Source: Auanema rhodensis
Lineage: Eukaryota > Animalia > Nematoda
DNA: 64,000 bases
Assembly (NCBI GenBank): GCA_964057225.1
Contig: OZ059894.1
Coordinates: forward strand, 6,448,001-6,512,000
Direction of reading: 5' to 3'
Shown piece by piece: positions 56,556 through 64,000 of the stretch. Both the position numbers and the translations under genes were made by a program. Under the pieces are notes generated by a model. It made no database searches, was not told the origin of the DNA, and saw nothing but the letters and a program-made list of their open reading frames with translations. Each line of letters opens with the position of its first letter. Within the stretch, counting starts at the first letter, position 1.

Positions 56556-59500
56556 GTAAGTCAAATCATTAATTAGATAAAAGTTGATATAACAATTTCA
56601 TTTTTTAAAACAAAACATAATAAAATTGTTTAAATATATTTAATTATATTTAAATTGTAAAGTATATGCATAATTTAGTTTATTTATAAAATGTATTCAT
56701 AAATTAATAAAAGAAATGTGAATGAATGTCCCTAGTAAGGATAATGCTCAATGGAGAAGCCATTATTATACGGTCGACCATTTGACTTTTCGTGACTTAA
56801 TTCCTTTTCTTGGCTTTTCCTTGCCAGTAATCTCACGCTAGTCATCCTTTTCCTATCTTCATAATGTCCTTCTTCAATCCTTTCGAACCTACCATTACGG
56901 GTTTATCCACTGTCGGTCTTGGTGCTAATCATACCTCAGCCTTGTGCCATCTCTAATGTAGCATGAAGAGCTGATCTACCTTCTTCATATACTATACTTA
57001 CATCTCATATATGTCCGAATATCTAATATCAGGAAGTAAAATAAGAAAGAAATACAGTACTAATCCATCAAATCAAGCGAATGTCACCACCTTAATCTTT
57101 TGAATCTTAATTAATTGCATACAAAATGCATCAAATATATTAATACCAAACATAACTAATAATATAAGAAATGATTAAAAAAAACATTTGTCTATTAACA
57201 TTGGTATATTCTGTATAATTTTCATTGTTAATCATTTGTATAAATAGAATGATAACAAGTCTTCATGTTTATTTAAATATTAAGATATAATTATAAATTG
57301 TTTTATAACAAATTCAAATAATTCCAATGTATATTCGATGAGAAATCAAATAAAATTTGTTTAAATTACTATAACTCAATCCCTTATATCAGTTATTTTT
57401 TTATATAGTATAATATATCGTTTGATACATTATAAATTAGTATTGTGTTCTACTTCTATCCGTCTGTTCTTCTTCACCTATATTTAATCCTATTTGATTG
57501 ACCCCTTTTAACAAACAAGTTCACTCGGGACCTAGCAAATCCTTTGCCTCGCTGACTCTGGGTTCATTCTCCGTATGCTTAACAGTCTATTTCCTTATCC
57601 ATATTTGAACAGAAGACATCGTCTCGTGTAAGAAATACGTGCTGACATCTAGACGAAGCTATTATCGCAGAACTCATTCTACGTACGAACAGCAATGGTT
57701 TTTTTCTTTCGATCTTTTGCCCTCCCATCTCTTGGCCATATGATTCAAAGAAAAATGAAAAGTAATGCGACGTTTTGATTATATAAATGATCACATCAGC
57801 AGGTTTTTAGTATTAAAGTTGAAACATCCGAAGTGATTATATTGAAAATAATGTAAACATTTATATTCTTGTTTCACAAATTGTTCTCTAAATGAACTTC
57901 TTTTTTCCGATAAGCCAATGAAAAACCGTTCTAGATGAGGTGTAACATACCATCCATCTATCAAGCTTGTTAACGTTAAAAAAAATAAAACAAGCATTAC
58001 AAAAAAATAATTAAAAGCTTCATCAAACTTTATTATTATTTACTTTAAGAACAAACTGTCCTATGTTACTATTTGAATAGAAAAGAGTATCAAAGTTATA
58101 TTGACACATCGAGAAGATGTAGACCTTATTCACACATCCTGTTATCCTAGCCCTAATCTTAGTATCCGTATATTTTTTTACTAGAAATAAAAGAATTATT
58201 TTTTGTTTATAAAGAGACACAAAACAATTTTGAGAGAAAAAATGTATAAAAGAAGATTATTTCTTATTTGATATGAAAAAATCTCAGTTATGACGACAAT
58301 TGAAATTATAAAATTTGATCTTGGAGATATTGATTTTATAATTACAAGTTAAGCTCATGAAATCTGAATTAAAGAATGTCTGATTGTATACGTCATGAAT
58401 CCGTACGTAAATTGAAAGAATAGAAGCTGAAAAACAGATTGTAAAATTGATCTAAATCATAGATGATACTTGGATGTTGTAGAATATATAATATTAAAGA
58501 TATTCAGAAGATGTTTCATTTCTCTCATTATCTTTAAACTATTTTGACCATGTATAGTGCATAAGAATTTAACCCCTTTTAGAGATTACTTTCGATTCAA
58601 CTTATAGTCAAATACAGTATCATTCTCTTTTCAATCTCAGCTGAATTCTAATCTAACCCTCTGATTATAGGATATACAAACGATGATCATTGTGATAGTA
58701 CCTTGATACATGTACATCTGACGTCATTCAATAAAAGACAATGCAATTTTTCCCAAGCTATGTGCTACAGATGAGCTAAATAGGCATGTGCAGCCTTGGC
58801 TGTCCTTAACTGTGACTCGATATATAATGACGTCATCGTTATCGCTCCTCATCATCACACTTTATTGTGACATGAACATGTTGAGCTAATTGTCGGTTTT
58901 GTTGATGAGCAATACTGTATTATATAGTTAATAATATTATTCATATATATTAAGAGTTATATCATATAAGATCATCTAACGAACGAGTCATTCATTCAGG
59001 ATACGGTCAATTTATCAGTCCCTTTCCAACCTTTAGATTAAACCTTCTCCCCTATCTGGTTGACTTAAGTACCTGGAAATAAATCCATATTCCTATCCTG
59101 TACTTGCCACACAGTTCAAGAACGTTAATTACAAATCGTAAACTTTCTCATTTTATTGTGGATTCTATGGATAAATATATAAGATTTACGATGTAGTAGT
59201 TGTGTTGATTAGTGCGCGAAAATGAATGGCAACTGGCACCAGATAATCGGATGAATGTTGTAAAACTTCGACCACAATAATGACTTTCATGAGTATGAAG
59301 ACGATTAACTTATTTCTAACTGTCTCTCACTCGTTCTTTCACATTAGGTCATTTAGCTGTTATATTTCTTAATTCCTTCATAGTTGTAACCTATCCAAAT
59401 GTTATACGGAAGTTGGTTCATCAACTTACTTATGAACTAAGACGATTAAACTTCTAAATCAAGATTATTATTCTAGCTTTATTACTATTTTCCTATTATA

Positions 59501-62500
59501 ATCTTTGTCCATATGAGGTAGTCAATGAAATCAAAAGAATTCTTCAAGTATTTCATGAGTTTAACTCAAGTTCATATCCATAAATAACCAAGAGTAAGCA
59601 ATCAAGAGGCTTTATTCATTCTTTTTATGGTTTAAAGTTTTTTTCTTCATTAATTGATCCCAATTTATTGCAAAGCATCCAGAATAAAAAATTAGATTTT
59701 AACTCAATATTGTCTCGTAATTATCTAATAATTGAGCAAATAGAAATGGATACTTGCTAACTGTCTGCACTGTGTTACCCAGATATGTGGCCTAATGTCG
59801 TAACATTTACCCAATAAGGAGTCAGAAAATCTGTTCCTAATCTCACTATTTACCGAAAACAACAGGATCTAATAGATAAAACAAACAAATGACAGATTTC
59901 CTAACAGCGTCATCATCGTCATCGTTTTCGTTAATTTTATTGTGTACTAGTAGCGTCTGCCGGCTTGTTATTATCATTCCTGAAAGTCTGCCCATGAAAA
60001 CTTGGCTAGTTGGCTGGAATACCATGATAGCAATGTTATGAGGTTGTTGTGCACAATTGTATCAAACAGAATATGTTCCTGATTTCAATAACAACCAGAT
60101 TTCAAAATAAACGTTTTCATCTGCTAACTATTATGTAGTTAAACTATTGCTATATATGAATAATGACGTCACATGGTATGGACATGTACACGTACTGTCG
60201 TGCAGGTTCCGCACCTGCCTCTGAATATTGATGATGATACAGAAGTAGAAAGAAAAGAAGAAATGAGAGATAATGCAAGTGAGCGAGATGTAGAGCAAAG
60301 GTAAAGAAAAATACTCTGATTCCATTCGAATAGTTGTGTAATGATCGTCTACAGTAATTGAGATGAGCAGCAAGCAACCATTTAAGGATTAGAAACACAT
60401 TGCCTACCAGCAATTTTCACCGGCCTCGTTCTTCTAGGCCACATCGAGCCATGTGACAGAGATGATCTGAAGATGGGCCACGAGACAACCTCATTTGGCT
60501 TTTCGTCGGAAATGCATTTGTGTTCTTTCATAAACGACTATGACTATGTTTTACGTTGAAACATGAACGGCCCCCACGCTGTTTCAGACTGTAAACTTGA
60601 AGACTATGTCATTTAAACTGATTTTATTGGTTTCTGAGTAAGATATTAAAATATTAACACATTACAAGAAACATTTCAATTAATAATTTCTGATTTAATC
60701 ATACCTGTAACAAAGAAAATAATCAGTTCATTCCCTATCCGGTCATTGTATATGTTTTATAAATGTTCCTTTTAATCTAATTAATGGTTTATATTGAGCA
60801 ATTTGTCAATTCAATATTCCCACCCAGTTACATGATGTTAAAATGATTTAAATCCTTTCCTTAGGGTGTTTTCTTTTGGCAACTTGTACTATACTTTCAG
60901 TCCCCAGGCTTCTTCACCAAGCAAATTACTAACAGGACAGGATTACGAAAACCCTTCAAATGGGCGAAGAAGCTAGGGATATATGGAACACTGAAGAGTA
61001 CGATAGAGGGTGAAAGAAATAAAGAAAAAGAGAGATATACGCACATACATACATATAGCCTCAGGCTCGCAGGCAGTATGTAAATTATGGAGACCCCCCT
61101 AGGCAAAGTCGGATTACGGTAATCGTCAGTAGACAGAAAGCCAATTTTCCCACGACGAAGAATACTAACATTTGCATAAGGATAGAAAGAAAGCCGGCTG
61201 CTGCTTCTGCTTTTCCATGGATGAATCAGTCAGCTTCAGCTTCTTCTTTCATTTAAGAAAATCGAAAACTAACTAGTTATCTCTAAGTAGCTTGATGAAA
61301 TACCCTAACGACAGATGGAGATAAATTATCTCATTAACGTTTATGGTAAAGAGATATTTCTACTTTTCATTTTTTTCAGCTAAATTTTCAAATTAAGAAA
61401 GTACTTCCGTTCAGACCATAAAGAAGTTTAAACAGTATAAAAATTTTGATGAAAACAAATCTTGAAAATCCGCCAAAAATAAAAAAAGTGTTCTTCTCAT
61501 ACAGAAAAAAAATAAAATGGTTAGCTGTCTGAATAGAACATCAATTGACCTTAACTGTTTTTTTTTTCGAATAATGTTCTAATTTTGATTAAAATGAAAT
61601 AAAATTAATAAAATAGAAACAAAAACCAACAAATGAAAATAAAAAAACCAATCACGTTTTATTTAACATAATCTGTAGCGTTTCGCTTTCATACAAATTC
61701 AAATATTGGTTTCTGATCGAAAAGTTGATCTTTTTTACATTTCATTTTCGTTTTCTTTTTTTTTTGAACCCGTTTATCTTATGTAGTTTTTACTATTTAA
61801 AATATACAAACATTGTTTTAATTGTTTTACTTCTGACTATACATCAAAGTGTAAAAATCATTTGAGTATGTCGATAAAATCTGTCTTTAAGTATTTATAA
61901 AACGTTAACTATTATAATGAAGAAGAAGATGAAGAAATAAATACTATTGTCAGTGTATGTACTAAGATCCTAGAGTTTCCAATAGTCTCTGAAACAATGG
62001 GAATATGATTATAGGTATTCTCGTTTATATTCAAAGCGCGGTAAACGGTGGCGGAAATAAGTAAATGATTCCATTTATTGACGATTCATTTGGCATGAAT
62101 GATCGTGTTCAATCCCAAAGCCAAAAAACCGTTTATTTCTCTCATTTGCTCATATTATATTCCTTTGATTCTATTCTCTTCCTATCTATATCCTTCCAAA
62201 GTTTTTAATCTTTCCTTCTATTCCTTATGCGATATCCACTCTTCAAAGGCTATGATCTGTATTCAATACCGTATCTAGAGCGAAGAGATGATGTGGAGAA
62301 CCTGACCACTTGACCAGGTTAAACACGGATTGACACCCTACTGCCTCACCTGATGACTGATTTTAGAGAACATAAGAGGTAGCCAAGTATATGAGAAGTG
62401 ATTCGGTTTCAATGAAGCCGCTCGCCATCGGAAACCCTATAGACTTTTTTGGGTTTGTCTCATACACGTACGTATGTATATCATATGTGTATATATGATT

Positions 62501-63851
62501 CATTGAAATCTTTATGAATTTATCAGTGTCATGTAGGGTTAAACAACTGACTATTTCAAAGAAAATCATTAGAAAGAGCATATTAGTATAGCTTCATAAA
62601 GAAAACATCATAAAGCACTGAAGAGATGGAGAAAAAGGGGGGGGGGAAGAGAAGCAGTAGTACTACTAGTAAGAGATGGTGAAAGATCATTATGTACATT
62701 TTGGTCCCTGCTCCTCCTTCTTTTCATTTTCAAGCTTAAGAATTCCTCTTATGCCATTTACATGGTTAATTTTCAAAACGATGAATTGTGTCCCTAACTC
62801 TTTTGATTCTCTATCTTTTATTTGTCCGTCAAACTGTATGTTTGATCGATTTCAATATTCATTTTCTCGTTTTGCGTCTCGTCTGCCCTGTTTCCTCTCT
62901 CACGTTCACTCTGTCAATTTTATCTTTTTCCTCTCCATCTTCTCAATATCTTTCATATTTTCGTTTGTTCATTCTCTGTTATGCTCTATCATTTTCCCCG
63001 ATTCCTCCAATGTCTATCATTTACTAACGACGAAATTTTCTGCCCCCCCGACCGAAAATACAACAGCAAGGGATTACTGTAGTCGAGTCTGACTATCCCC
63101 CCCCCTCCCCATCAACCAACAATAATACGAAATTTCGTTGCAATAAAGTCTAGATGATGTATCAACAACTTGTTAACCAATCAATATTCTGAAATAAAAA
63201 ATAGAAACTGAAGTTGATTGACTTGTTCATAAAGTTTTTTTTTTGCTTTGCAACATAAAAACTTGACGCTTGTACTGTTGGAACATACAGTACTTCAACA
63301 ACAAAACAACTTTTCGTTTTATAAACTATTTTCCTCAATAACTATGAATATAGGAATTGAAAAGGAAACTAAAAACTATTGAAGGTGAAAATATTACATA
63401 TTTTCAGTCATAAGAAAAATTCTTATTTTCATTTACCTCTTAACAATAATGTGAGAAACTATTCAAGGCCTTGGTTTTATTGCGCAATTTTGGATAGGCA
63501 TAGTTAACATATAGTTTGATTGACATGAAAGATTAAGTGAGACCACAGATGGAACCGGAAAAAGCAACTAGTTGTCTCCGGATTTAGAATTTCCGGCTTT
63601 TAGTTGTCCTAATACACTAATCATACCATTCGGTTCTGAAACCATGAGATTCTACCCTTCCTTAGGTATCTCCTGTTAGATATCCATATGTATGAAATGG
63701 TAGAAAACTAGGTAGTGAATCATGAAATAGATTTTAGATGACAACACAAAACCCTTTTCTGTCTCAATGATCATTGTTTTAGTATAGATAGTGAATTTTG
63801 GTTCTACACATACATGATAATGGAGAAAATAATTATAATTACAGTAACCTG

Positions 63852-63867
63852 CCCCCCCCCCCCCCCC
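63852..63867 (-). repeat. C16/G16 homopolymer tract, G-quadruplex-capable
   Basis: 16 consecutive C on the + strand. Confidence 0.9.
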
Positions 63868-64000
63868 TACTCTATCAAGTGCATAACTGATCCGTCCAGT
63901 TGTGTAACGAATGCTTAGTTGAGCTGAAAATAGGACTCGAACTGTAGTATCTATACGTATTTCTCTCTTTATTTTTCAACTTTCTCTCATCCTCTCTGAT

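Noticed and set aside
62676-63092. 138-aa F/S-rich ORF
   Set aside because: Translation of a pyrimidine-rich non-coding tract.

Overview
AT-rich eukaryotic genomic DNA from a rhabditid-type nematode, inferred from TTTCAG acceptors just before start codons, many 39-50 nt introns and a MATH-BTB gene. No prokaryotic features, tRNA, rRNA or recognisable transposon were found. The first 40 kb is gene-dense: UVSSA (-) head-to-head with mrpl-49 (+), a ZFYVE19/ANCHR-like gene, a secreted Lustrin-Cys/Kunitz-like gene, cct-7, xpo-1, a small secreted protein, ACBD3/GCP60 with an F-box/LRR gene nested antisense in one intron, and a tau-tubulin kinase (-). Manual splicing revealed two minus-strand genes that the ORF track misses: a 52-aa microprotein with a PxIxIT-like motif and a CaaX box, and a 181-aa six-exon putative divergent PH-domain protein. 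From 40 to 64 kb the window is mostly non-coding, with one MATH-BTB gene, motif clusters, a GC-rich hairpin and a let-7-complementary element. Gene models were spliced by hand and identities rest on motif recognition; no database search was run.
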